64,000 nucleotides of DNA from Chloroflexota bacterium (lineage in GTDB: Bacteria > Chloroflexota > UBA11872 > VXNJ01), in contig OZ242304.1 of the NCBI GenBank assembly GCA_965207915.1, positions 2,065,805 through 2,129,804 on the forward strand. The letters run 5' to 3'. This document shows, piece by piece, positions 1-9,277 of the stretch. Below the pieces are notes generated by a model. The model searched no databases and was not told the DNA's origin. It worked only from the letters and a program-made list of their open reading frames with translations. A program made the translations under genes and the position numbers. Positions within the stretch are counted from its first letter, which is position 1. Each line of letters begins with the position of its first letter.

Positions 1-254
1 ACGTGCAGGTCGGCATAGGCCTTGACGGCGTATATCACCCGCGAATTCGAATAAGCCGCGGCCAGTGGCAGGCGGTACTGCCGGCAGGATGCCCTGACCG
101 CGTCTTCGTCGTAGACGTACAGCGGGCTGCCGAATTGCTCGAGCAGGTCGGTCACTGCACATCCGCCTAGGATCAGGCGGCCGGCAGCGTCGCGCGCGGT
201 GCCCTCAGGGAACAGCTCCAGAGGGTCCTGTATGCGGTCGTTGGAGTGTTTCAC
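1..254 (-). CDS. lysA: Diaminopimelate decarboxylase, N-terminal part (runs off window edge)
   Basis: Manual translation from GTG at 254: MKHSNDRIQDPLELFPEGTARDAAGRLILGGCAVTDLLEQFGSPLYVYDEDAVR...VIYAVKA. The FGSPLYVYDE and YAxKA (PLP lysine) motifs are typical of LysA. Not in the ORF track. Confidence 0.8.
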   Translation of the reverse strand, partial: MKHSNDRIQDPLELFPEGTARDAAGRLILGGCAVTDLLEQFGSPLYVYDEDAVRASCRQYRLPLAAAYSNSRVIYAVKAYADLH

Positions 255-263
255 TTGGTCCCC

Positions 264-298
264 AAAAAACTGACGGCGCGGGATTGCCGCGCCGTCAG
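264..298 (-). terminator. Rho-independent terminator downstream of the NHL gene
   Basis: 12-bp perfect stem CTGACGGCGCGG/CCGCGCCGTCAG (270-298) with a 5-nt loop, followed on the minus strand by T6 (264-269). Confidence 0.8.
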
Positions 299-319
299 GG
301 TAATTCAACCAGGTTCGAA

Positions 320-1375
320 TTAACCGGTGCCGGCGCCGCCCCAGGATTTGATGAAGTTTCCGTCCGAGTCGAAGTGCACGATCCGGTTGTTGCCGTTATC
401 GGCGACGTATACGCCTTCTACGCCGGCCTGCAGGCCGGTGGCCCCGGAGAACTGGCCATCGCCAGATCCGGAGCCGCCGAAGCTGGCGCTTCGGGTGCCG
501 TCGATCTCGAACCGGTGAATCTCATCATTGGCCGGGTCAAGCACGTAGAACTGCTCTTCGCGGTTCACTGACATGTGACCGGGCTCGACGAGGTCTTCGA
601 AATCGGCCTTGTGCTCGATCTCGTAGTCGAGCCCGACGCGGTTGATTTGGAAGAGCTTGGATTTGCCCTGGTCTGGATCCCAGTCCAGTCCAAATATTTC
701 GCCTTCAACCGGGACCGCGGTAACGCCGCGCCAGAGCCCGCCGGCCTCGGGAGGTTCGATTACCGTCTTGTTGCTGCCGTCGGCGGAAAACCGAATCAAA
801 CGCTCGTCGGCGGTGATTATGTACGGAAACCCAAACCCGCTCGAGCGCAGCTGGGTAGCGCCTTCCAGGTCGGGGTCGCCCCATATTTTGGGAATGTTCA
901 TGTGTCCCTCAGGGCGTCCCAGGTAGGTTGAGAACTTCTGCACCTGGGCGTTGCCGGCGTCCAGCACCCAGAGAACCCGGGTGCGGTCCATCGTGGTGTC
1001 AGAGGGGGCGTTGAACGGGTGTTGGCGATCGGTTATCTCATCGCCACCGTCGGACCAGTAGTTGAGGACGCCCTCATTAGTGAATTCAAACAGCTTGTTG
1101 TCGGCGGTGACAACGTAGATGTCCTTGCGTTCGTCGTTCTGACCGATGCCAACCGGCCCAACCATCTCAGTCGGGTCCTCCACGAACTTCGGCCCGCCGT
1201 CGAGTTCGGCCGAGGGACCGCCGCCCGCGCGCGCGGCGCCGGCAACTTCTTCGGCCCCGCCGAGCCTGCCTTCGTCGTGGGCCTCGCCGCAGGCGGCCAG
1301 GGCCAATATGGCCGCACCGGCGGATCCGGTGGCCAGCAGTCGCCGGCGGCTAATGATCGAGTCATTTCTCACCAC
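320..1375 (-). CDS. NHL-repeat (beta-propeller) lipoprotein with twin-arginine signal
   Basis: AGGAGG precedes GTG at 1375/1372. Signal SRRRLL...ALAAC. NHL-type repeats WVLDAGNAQVQKF, YVLDPANDEIHRF, YVADNGNNRIVHF and GSGDGQF. Confidence 0.8.
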   Translation of the reverse strand: MVRNDSIISRRRLLATGSAGAAILALAACGEAHDEGRLGGAEEVAGAARAGGGPSAELDGGPKFVEDPTEMVGPVGIGQNDERKDIYVVTADNKLFEFTNEGVLNYWSDGGDEITDRQHPFNAPSDTTMDRTRVLWVLDAGNAQVQKFSTYLGRPEGHMNIPKIWGDPDLEGATQLRSSGFGFPYIITADERLIRFSADGSNKTVIEPPEAGGLWRGVTAVPVEGEIFGLDWDPDQGKSKLFQINRVGLDYEIEHKADFEDLVEPGHMSVNREEQFYVLDPANDEIHRFEIDGTRSASFGGSGSGDGQFSGATGLQAGVEGVYVADNGNNRIVHFDSDGNFIKSWGGAGTG

Positions 1376-1595
1376 GTCTGCCTCCTGTATCTCTTCTCCA
1401 TATATATATCGGTCGCGCAAACGAACTATTCGGGGCCAATCGCGCCACGCCCCTGGTGCTCGCTGCCGGCCGCCGCGGGCCAGCGGTGTAAGCGGGGACG
1501 ATTGACCGATTTTAGGCAGCACTGACCCGAAGTGCCGACACGGTCGAAAGCTGCGCGATTGCGATTGGTCGATTCGGCGCTTACCTTCAGTGGAT

Positions 1596-1624
1596 TTGAC
1601 ATTGACCCTCTATGGGCGCAAAAT
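1596..1624 (+). promoter_or_regulatory. Sigma70-type promoter for the ABC transporter operon
   Basis: TTGACA (1596-1601), 17-bp spacer, CAAAAT (1619-1624). Confidence 0.55.
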
Positions 1625-1631
1625 GCGCCCA
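1613..1631. promoter_or_regulatory. Inverted repeat over the -10 box, candidate repressor operator
   Basis: TGGGCGCA-AAA-TGCGCCCA, perfect 8-bp arms. Confidence 0.4.
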
Positions 1632-1756
1632 ACTGATAGGCCCGTCAACGGTTGGCCTTCTCTGAATATTTGGGAGGACACTGCTGGCGCGGGATTCTTT
1701 ATTGATCCCAGCGCGCCGGCGGGATATCAGAGCAACTCAAAGTAGGAGGAACACTC

Positions 1757-3127
1757 TTGCGCATAACCCGAAGACGTGCCTTAACCGGCATGGCTGGGGC
1801 AACCGGTCTGGCCATCCTGGCCGCTTGTGGCGAGGAAGAGGCAGACGCCCCGGCAGCTGCGGCTCCGGCAGCTGCGGCACCCGCCGCTCCGGCGGACAGT
1901 GGCGGCGACGCCATGGCCGACAAGGGCGACGAAATGATGATGTTCGATGACGTGGAAATTGAATTCCGCTTCAACGGACTCAACCCGGCTGGCCAGGAAG
2001 CGGCACGCACTGAAATCGCCAAGTTCAAGGACTTGACCGGTATTCAGGTCAAACCCGACTTCTCCGACTGGGCAAGCTCTTTCCAGAAGATCACTACCGG
2101 TTTTGCGGCCCAATCCGCGCCTGACATTTGGTACGGCGGCGGGCTGTGGACCCCGGTACTGGCCGCAAAGGGCCAGGTGCTCGAAATTGATGAGTACGTA
2201 GCCAACTGGGACGAGTGGAGCGACTTCTACCCGCGCGGGCTTGAGGACGTGACCTATGAAGGTCATATCCAGGGTGTCCCGTATCGGTTCAACTACCGAG
2301 CCTCTGCGGTTATCCGAGCCTCGTTCTTTGAAGCGGCCGGCCTCGAGCCGACACCGCCGACAACTTGGGACGAACTCAATGAAGCAACTCCCAAGCTCAC
2401 GATCAAAGATGGCGACATCTTCGAGCAGGCCGGAATCAACATCCAGCACCACACTCAGGTGTACGAGGACTGGCTGTTCCAGGCCGGCGGTAACTACTTC
2501 TCCGAAGACCGCACGATGCCGCTTAACAACTCGCCCGAGGGCATCACTGCGCTTAGCCAGCACGTGAGAGCCGGTCTGGTCGACGGGACCATGCCCAAAG
2601 AAGGCATGGACTCCGGCGTACCGAACCTGCACGCGTTCTGCGCTGGCCGCGTGGCGTACCAGCAGCTTTGGCCCGGTAACGTGGGCAACTGCGAAACGAA
2701 CGCCCCGGACGTGTTTGCGGACGTGGTAGTCGGCGAACCGCTGCGTGGTCCCAAAGAGCAGATCATGCAGATCTACGTTGATAAATACATGCCTTGGAAG
2801 CTCACCAAGAACCCGGACGCTACCTTCGAGACCATGAAGTACTTTGCGTCCCCGGGTCCAAACCATGACATCAACGTGGTTGGCGACCGCTCAATGCCGT
2901 GCCGGGTAGCGATGGAAGCCTACGAGCTCTACAAGCAAGAGCCGTGGAAGACCTACTCCCAGAACGGCAACAAGTTCGGCAAGGGACGCCAGATCGTTCC
3001 GGAGCACTTCGACGTTCAGCCGGCCATGAGCCGCTGGGTCGAGAAGGCCGCTCTCGGCGAACTTACCGTCGAGGAAACCCTCGAGGGAATGGACGCGGAA
3101 GTCCTGGAAATCATTACGGGCAGCTAA
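1757..3127 (+). CDS. Carbohydrate ABC transporter (CUT1) solute-binding lipoprotein, Tat signal
   Basis: AGGAGG plus TTG start. TRRRAL...ILAAC lipobox, Ala/Pro linker, APDI and PPTTWDEL motifs of SBP family 1. Confidence 0.9.
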   Translation: MRITRRRALTGMAGATGLAILAACGEEEADAPAAAAPAAAAPAAPADSGGDAMADKGDEMMMFDDVEIEFRFNGLNPAGQEAARTEIAKFKDLTGIQVKPDFSDWASSFQKITTGFAAQSAPDIWYGGGLWTPVLAAKGQVLEIDEYVANWDEWSDFYPRGLEDVTYEGHIQGVPYRFNYRASAVIRASFFEAAGLEPTPPTTWDELNEATPKLTIKDGDIFEQAGINIQHHTQVYEDWLFQAGGNYFSEDRTMPLNNSPEGITALSQHVRAGLVDGTMPKEGMDSGVPNLHAFCAGRVAYQQLWPGNVGNCETNAPDVFADVVVGEPLRGPKEQIMQIYVDKYMPWKLTKNPDATFETMKYFASPGPNHDINVVGDRSMPCRVAMEAYELYKQEPWKTYSQNGNKFGKGRQIVPEHFDVQPAMSRWVEKAALGELTVEETLEGMDAEVLEIITGS

Positions 3128-3374
3128 GTCGTCCAATTCGGCGGTTCCCGTCAAACGGAACTACCGAGAAGCGGGGCATGGGTGGTGGCCCGAGCGGCCG
3201 CCACCCGGCCTCGCCGAAAAAACGCCCGCCCGGTGGATCAAGCCTGGCTGGCTGAATCTGAATCGCCACTCAATTTAAGAGGGGCGTTTCGGTAAGATGA
3301 AAGTCTTAACGGCCGAGTGCATAGCCGCATTGCGGCTCGGACAGCGGAAGAACGGTTCGTAAGGAAATCACCTA

Positions 3375-4298
3375 ATGGCGGTAGCGCAAACCCAACCGGC
3401 GGCGACGCTGCGGACGCAGGGCCGTACCTGGCCGATCATCCGCCGTTCGTTGCTCTACATCCTCATGTCGGTAATCGCCTTCTTGGCGGTTTTTCCGTTC
3501 CTCTGGTCGCTCCTGGGGTCATTCAAGACCGCGGAGGACCTGTTCGACTTCGCGATTGAAGATCCGGGCACCTATCTTCCGTACGCTTGGCAGTTCAATA
3601 ACTACACCACCGTCTGGGGCCTTAACTTCGGGCGGTTCTTCTTTAACAGCGCATTTGTGGCCACGGTTATCACCCTGGCCCACCTGCTGCTTGCTTCAAC
3701 CGCCGGATACGCTTTCGCGCGGTTGGAATTCCCCGGTCGCGACGTTTTGTTCGTGGCCGTGATAGCCACCCTTATGGTCCCGTTCCAGGTCACGATGGTT
3801 CCGCTGTTCATCATGATCAAGAACTGGCCGCTAACCGGTGGCAACGACATCCTGGGCCAGGGCGGACGCGGTCTGCTCGACTCATACGCCGGACTGACCA
3901 TCCCGATGTTCCCGACCGCCTATGGAACTTTCCTGCTGCGTCAGTTCTTCCAGACCCTGCCGCGCGAGCTCGAAGATGCCGCGCGCATCGACGGGGCTTC
4001 CGAGTTGCGCATTTACTGGAACGTGATCCTGCCGCTCTCAGGCGCCGCTCTGGCGGTTCTGACGGTGTTCTCGTTCCAGCAGACCTGGAACGACTTCGTC
4101 TGGCCGTTCATCATCACCCGTGACGAGGACATCAAGACTCTGCAGGTGGCGTTGGCCAACTTCAGACAGGAATACAACACGGACTGGGGTCTGCTGATGG
4201 CGGCCACCATGGTTGCCACGGTGCCGATCCTGATCCTGTTCCTTATGACGCAGCGCTACTTCGTCCAGGGGATCGCCCTCTCCGGCATCAAGGGGTAA
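3375..4298 (+). CDS. Carbohydrate ABC transporter permease (MalG type)
   Basis: AGYAFARLEFPGR, EAA loop FFQTLPRELEDAARIDGA, WNDFVWP, QRYFVQGI. Confidence 0.92.
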   Translation: MAVAQTQPAATLRTQGRTWPIIRRSLLYILMSVIAFLAVFPFLWSLLGSFKTAEDLFDFAIEDPGTYLPYAWQFNNYTTVWGLNFGRFFFNSAFVATVITLAHLLLASTAGYAFARLEFPGRDVLFVAVIATLMVPFQVTMVPLFIMIKNWPLTGGNDILGQGGRGLLDSYAGLTIPMFPTAYGTFLLRQFFQTLPRELEDAARIDGASELRIYWNVILPLSGAALAVLTVFSFQQTWNDFVWPFIITRDEDIKTLQVALANFRQEYNTDWGLLMAATMVATVPILILFLMTQRYFVQGIALSGIKG

Positions 4299-4304
4299 GC
4301 CTCC

Positions 4305-5258
4305 TTGAATAACGGCCCCGTCGCCCCCGCTTCGATCGGGGGCGGGCAGGCGCGGTTTGGTGTTTACTTTCGGCGCAATTTGGCCGGGTACCTCTTCGTC
4401 CTGCCCCAGATCCTCTTCATCACGGTATTTATCCTGGTGCCGATCGTCGGCGCGTTCTACTACTCGATAACCAACTACAACCTGCTCACCGCTCCGGAGA
4501 TCGCCGACCCGATCTGGAAGAATTTCGCCGCCCTGCCGGGCGATGAGCGCTACGGACCGGCGATCCGCAACACCCTGGTGTTCGCGTTCGTGACCGTGCC
4601 GGCGGGAGTGATCACCTCGCTGCTGCTGGCCCAGTTGATCAACCGTTCGATTCGCGGCATTTATTTTTTCCGGGCCATGTTCTACATGCCGGTCGTGTCC
4701 TCGTTCGTGGCGGTCTCGCTGATTTGGCTCTGGTTTTACGAACCCCAGTTCGGGCTCTTTAACGAGTTTCTGCTCTGGGTCGGCCTGCCGGCCTCGAAAT
4801 GGCTCAAAGGCCAGGAATCGGCGCTGCTCGCAATCATCGTCATGAGCGTCTGGAAGAACATGGGGCTGAACATGGTGATCTACCTGGCCGGGCTGCAGGG
4901 GATCCCGCCGACCGTTATCGAGGCCGCCGACATCGACGGCGCGGGACGGGTATCAAAATTCCTGCGGATCATTTTGCCCCTGCTGGCGCCGACCACGTAC
5001 TTCGTGGTCATCGTTTATTTCATCGGCGCCCTGCAGATGTTCGTGCAGGTGTGGATCATGACGCAACAGCCAGGCAACGGCGTACTCACCGGAGGCCCGC
5101 TCGACAGCACCGTCACCGTCGTTCTCCTGATTTACTCCAATGCCTTCGAGTACCTGAAGATGGGATACGCGGCGGCGATGTCGGTGGTCTTGTTCCTGGT
5201 AATCGCGCTAATCACCTACATGAATTCGCGCCTGCTCCAGTACGAGGTCGGCTGGTAA
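4305..5258 (+). CDS. Carbohydrate ABC transporter permease (MalF type)
   Basis: FRAMFYMPVV, YLAGLQGIP...EAADIDGA, MGYAAAMSVVLF. Confidence 0.92.
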   Translation: MNNGPVAPASIGGGQARFGVYFRRNLAGYLFVLPQILFITVFILVPIVGAFYYSITNYNLLTAPEIADPIWKNFAALPGDERYGPAIRNTLVFAFVTVPAGVITSLLLAQLINRSIRGIYFFRAMFYMPVVSSFVAVSLIWLWFYEPQFGLFNEFLLWVGLPASKWLKGQESALLAIIVMSVWKNMGLNMVIYLAGLQGIPPTVIEAADIDGAGRVSKFLRIILPLLAPTTYFVVIVYFIGALQMFVQVWIMTQQPGNGVLTGGPLDSTVTVVLLIYSNAFEYLKMGYAAAMSVVLFLVIALITYMNSRLLQYEVGW

Positions 5259-5350
5259 ACGCACGCGAACCGGCGCCCGCGGGCGCGATCGCAAATCCCG
5301 GAAAACGCCGGGAAGACGGGACCAGCTCCCTTCCTTGAAGCCCCCGGCGG

Positions 5351-6301
5351 TCAGTGGCCGCGCGCCGACTTGATCCAAACCGGTTGGGAGTCGCGGCCCG
5401 GGGTTGAAATCAACAGATCTGCCCGGGCCCCATCGGCGCCTGTGATCCAGATGTCGGCCGAATCCTCACCGGCGCGCGAGAAGGCGATTTGTTGTCCGTC
5501 GGGCGAATAGTCGGGATCGCGGTCGTCCCCGCCGCCGCGGGTCACGCGCCGAATTTCTCCGGACTCTCGATCGAACGTGAATAGGTCCCAGTCCCCGCTT
5601 TCGAAGGCCTCAAACGCGATCCGCTTGCCGCTCGGATCAAAGTCTGGGAACTGGGCGAATGCGAACGTATCGACCACCCTCTCCGGGTCCTGCCCCGGCG
5701 CTTGTTCCGTCCGGATGACATAGATGTCGAAATCGCCTTCGGGGTTGGCGAAATAGGCCAACTCATGCCCATCCGGGCTCCAGTCGGGCGCGTAGTTGTG
5801 CCAGGGAACATCCGTGAGTTGGCGCGCCCGGCCGCTATCCAAATCAAGCTCAAACAATTGGAAGAAATCGACGTCGCGTTCAAAGACTATCCGTCGGCCA
5901 TCGGGGGAGAAGACCGGCGAGTAGTCTTCGAGATCGTTGGCGGTCAGCTGGATGAGGTCGCTGCCGTCGATTCCGACCACGAACAAGTCAAAGTCACCCC
6001 CGTCGGCGCTGGAGGAATAGAGGACCCGGGATCCGTCCGGCGAAGGGTCCGCATAGCGATTGTGATGTCGGTCGGCGGTGACGCGCCGCAGCTCGTCGCC
6101 GAACCCGTCGGCGAAATAGATGTCCCAGTCGCCGTCGGCGCTTGAACGGAATATGATCTGGCGGTCGCCCAGCAGCTGCCAGTTTACGAAGTGCTCGAAA
6201 TCAACCGGCGATCCGGCCCGGGACGATTCGGCGCCGGGCTGACATCCCAGCAAAAGGCCAGCAAAAAGCAGCCAGACCGGCCAACTGCGTCCGAGTCCCA
6301 A
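5351..6301 (-). CDS. TolB-like PD40 (WD40-like) beta-propeller lipoprotein
   Basis: Lipobox LLLGC. Repeated PxWSPDGxxIxF units (PSPDGSRVLY, FSPDGRRIVF, WSPDGHELAY, YSPDGQQIAF). Confidence 0.85.
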   Translation of the reverse strand: MGLGRSWPVWLLFAGLLLGCQPGAESSRAGSPVDFEHFVNWQLLGDRQIIFRSSADGDWDIYFADGFGDELRRVTADRHHNRYADPSPDGSRVLYSSSADGGDFDLFVVGIDGSDLIQLTANDLEDYSPVFSPDGRRIVFERDVDFFQLFELDLDSGRARQLTDVPWHNYAPDWSPDGHELAYFANPEGDFDIYVIRTEQAPGQDPERVVDTFAFAQFPDFDPSGKRIAFEAFESGDWDLFTFDRESGEIRRVTRGGGDDRDPDYSPDGQQIAFSRAGEDSADIWITGADGARADLLISTPGRDSQPVWIKSARGH

Positions 6302-6373
6302 TTAAGCTAAATAGCCGGGTGCCAAGAGCGTCCCTGGCCCGCGACCCGCAAATTTCTGCCGAAGGATCGGGGC

Positions 6374-7828
6374 ATGCCCAAGCACCCCAACATCATCATC
6401 TTCATGCCCGACGAGATGCGCTGGGACTGTGTTGGGTACGCCGGAAATTCGGTCATTAACACTCCAAATTTTGACCGCTTTGCAGACGAGTACGCTCCGT
6501 TTTCGCATTTTTTCGTCAATCACACGGTCTGCACCCCGTCGCGGATCTGCATGTTCACCGGATGGCCGCCGCATGTAAATGGCCACCGCACTCTCTGGCA
6601 CATGCTGCGACCGCACCAGCCGAACGTGTTCAAGTACCTCAAGCAGGCCGGCTACCACGTCGAGATGTGGGGCAAGAATGACCTCCTGGCGCAGGAGTCA
6701 TTCCCCGACAGCATTTCGCACGAGGGCCAAATCAATTTCGACTACCGCAAGTTCACCGCCAACCCTTGGCCGCCGGAGCATAAGCACTTCCGCAGCTTCT
6801 ACTTCGGTCAACGCCCGGACGCGGCATCGAACGATACCGATCGTCAGTGGATCGACGGCGCAATCCGCTTCCTCGAATCGAATCCTCCGGAGCCGTTCTG
6901 CCTGTACCTGCCGCTGATCTTCCCGCACTGCCCTTACTGGTGCGAGGAACCCTACTTTTCGATGCACGACCGTGACCGGGTACCCGACCCCATGCCACCG
7001 CGCGGCGATGCCCCCATCCATCACCAGGAGATGCACCGCTCCTATGGGCTGGATCGCCTCAACGCGGCGGACTGGCGTGAGTTGATCGCCACCTACTGGG
7101 GTATGTGCTCGCGGCTCGACGACCAGTTCGGCGAGCTCCGCGAATCGCTGGAGAGGAATGGATTCTGGGACGAGGCGGCGGTGCTTTTCTTCTCCGATCA
7201 CGGCGACTATGCCGGCGACTACGGCCTGGTCGAGAAGTGGCCCAGCGGATTCGAGGACGTGCTGCTGCGGGTGCCGCTGACCATCAAATTGCCGACCAAC
7301 GAGCGCGCCGCGATGATCCCGCACCTCTGCGAAACGCTCGACCTGACCCCCACCATCCTCGACATCGCCGGCGTTCCGCTTGAACACGACCAGTACGGCA
7401 AAAGCCTGTTGCCGTTGATACGCGGGCAAGCGCTCGACCACAAGGACGCGGTATTCGTCGAAGGCGGCCACCACCATTTCGAGCGCCAGGCGGTGGAACT
7501 CAAGTGGGACGGCTTGGGCGGGACCGACCACGTCTACTACCAGAAGGGCCGAATCCAGACCGACAACCCGGATTCGGTAGCTAAGGCGGCGGCGATTCGC
7601 ACGACCACGCACAAGTACGTGCGTCGCCTGCGCGACCGCGACGAGCTGTACGACCTGGTTGCGGACCCGGGCGAGCAGGTGAACCTGATCGACTCTCCCG
7701 ACCATCAATCGGTCCGACTCGAACTTGCCGGTCGGCTCACCGACTGGTTTCTTGCCACCGGCGACGTCGTCCCGCGCGACAAAGACCCCCGCATCGGAGG
7801 AGCCCGCAGTGCGCGTCCTGCTGATTGA
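6374..7828 (+). CDS. Cys-type sulfatase (cytoplasmic)
   Basis: PNIIIFMPDEMR, CTPSR formylglycine motif, SDHGD, ELYDLxxDPxE. No signal peptide. Confidence 0.9.
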   Translation: MPKHPNIIIFMPDEMRWDCVGYAGNSVINTPNFDRFADEYAPFSHFFVNHTVCTPSRICMFTGWPPHVNGHRTLWHMLRPHQPNVFKYLKQAGYHVEMWGKNDLLAQESFPDSISHEGQINFDYRKFTANPWPPEHKHFRSFYFGQRPDAASNDTDRQWIDGAIRFLESNPPEPFCLYLPLIFPHCPYWCEEPYFSMHDRDRVPDPMPPRGDAPIHHQEMHRSYGLDRLNAADWRELIATYWGMCSRLDDQFGELRESLERNGFWDEAAVLFFSDHGDYAGDYGLVEKWPSGFEDVLLRVPLTIKLPTNERAAMIPHLCETLDLTPTILDIAGVPLEHDQYGKSLLPLIRGQALDHKDAVFVEGGHHHFERQAVELKWDGLGGTDHVYYQKGRIQTDNPDSVAKAAAIRTTTHKYVRRLRDRDELYDLVADPGEQVNLIDSPDHQSVRLELAGRLTDWFLATGDVVPRDKDPRIGGARSARPAD

Positions 7829-9275
7829 CATAGATTCGCAGCGCCCCGACCACCTGGGGTGCTACGGGTATCACCGCGACACCTCACCCAATATCGATTC
7901 GATCGCCGCCCGCGGCACGCGATTCGATAGCTGCTATGTTTCCGACTCCCCCTGCGTGCCGGGCCGGGCCTCGCTGTTCGGGGGCATGTTCGGCATCAAC
8001 AACGGAGTGGTGACCCATTGGGGGCCGGGGTCCGAATACCGGCTGCCGGCAGACATCCACCTCGAGCGGGCCGGCGGCCTGACCCTGACAATGGCCAGGA
8101 ATTTCCTCGTCAACGGGTATTACACGGCTTCGGTTTCGTCGTTTGCCGACCGCCATCATGCCTTCTGGCACACTTCGGGGTTCCGCGAATACCATCACCA
8201 CACCCTCAAGCGCGGCAACGAGACCGCCGATGAGGTCAACGCCGCCGCCCTGCCGGTGCTTGAGCGGATCTGCCAGAAAGACGATTGGCTGCTGCACGTA
8301 AATTACTGGGATCCGCACCGGCGCTACCGGGTGCCACCGGAGTGGATGACCAAATTCGACGGGCAACCCCCGCCGGACTGGCCCGATCAGGCAACTCTTG
8401 ATGCCCAGCAGGACCTCTCCGGGCCGTTCACGCCGCCAACCGTGAACCCCTACCGCGATCCCGAGACCGGGACAGTGCCGGATACGCGCTTTGACCGCCT
8501 GAGCGATTTCGAGGAGTGGATTAACGGCTACGACGGATCGATTGCCTACGTCGATTACCACATCGGGCAGTTGCTGGAAGTGCTGGAGGACCAAGGGGTC
8601 CTGGACGATACGTGCATCATCATCACCGCCGACCACGGCGAAGCCCAGGGTGAATTCGGCATCTACGGCGATCACTGCAACGGTTACGAGGCCCCGCACC
8701 ATATCCCGCTGATCATCTCGTGGCCCGGGCGGGTGGCCGAGGGCGCCGTCTGCGACGAATTCGTCTACAGCCTGGACATTGCCCCGACGCTGTGCGACCT
8801 GGCCGGTATAGACCCCCAATCCGGGTGGGACGGAGCCAGCCTGGCGCCGCTGCTCGGGGCCGCCGGGGAATTTTCGAGCCGCGATCACCTGGTGCTTTCG
8901 CACGGCCTGTACGCTTGCCAGCGCTCGGTCAGGACCCGGGACTGGTACCTGACCCGGACGTACCACCCCGGGTTATTCGATTATCCCCCGCTCAGTCTTT
9001 ACGACATGCGTTGCGATCCGCGCCAGACCAACAACCTGGCCACCGAACGCCCGGATGTGGTGGCCGAACTCGACCACCTCTTAACCGAATGGACCCATCG
9101 CCAGGCGGGTCGCCCGGGCCATCCGGGCGACCCGATGCCGAAGGTGATTGAGTCGGGCCCGTTCAAATACGTGCCGTATGAATACTGGATTGATTACCTG
9201 CGCGAGCAGGGTCGCGGCCATGCGGCCGAGCGGATCGCGACCCGGTTGCGGCACTGGCCGGACTGGGAAGTCTGA
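7809..9275 (+). CDS. Cys-type sulfatase-like hydrolase
   Basis: GTG at 7809 after GGAGGAG, overlapping the previous gene. DIDSQRPDHLGCYGY, CVPGR motif, WDPH, ADHGE. Confidence 0.88.
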   Translation: MRVLLIDIDSQRPDHLGCYGYHRDTSPNIDSIAARGTRFDSCYVSDSPCVPGRASLFGGMFGINNGVVTHWGPGSEYRLPADIHLERAGGLTLTMARNFLVNGYYTASVSSFADRHHAFWHTSGFREYHHHTLKRGNETADEVNAAALPVLERICQKDDWLLHVNYWDPHRRYRVPPEWMTKFDGQPPPDWPDQATLDAQQDLSGPFTPPTVNPYRDPETGTVPDTRFDRLSDFEEWINGYDGSIAYVDYHIGQLLEVLEDQGVLDDTCIIITADHGEAQGEFGIYGDHCNGYEAPHHIPLIISWPGRVAEGAVCDEFVYSLDIAPTLCDLAGIDPQSGWDGASLAPLLGAAGEFSSRDHLVLSHGLYACQRSVRTRDWYLTRTYHPGLFDYPPLSLYDMRCDPRQTNNLATERPDVVAELDHLLTEWTHRQAGRPGHPGDPMPKVIESGPFKYVPYEYWIDYLREQGRGHAAERIATRLRHWPDWEV

Positions 9276-9277
9276 GC

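Noticed and set aside
1681-1950. Upstream ORF behind the GGAGG at 1673
   Set aside because: Only CTG/TTG starts are available, the product is Arg/Gly-rich low complexity, and it overlaps the SBP out of frame.
3251-3365. Resemblance to a c-di-AMP (ydaO) riboswitch (GCTGAATC...GACAGC...TCGTAAG)
   Set aside because: The central conserved segments (GGAAC, GGGGUGAAU, GUAGGG/CCCGAA, CAGCUAAC) are missing. Kept only as a generic structured-RNA candidate.
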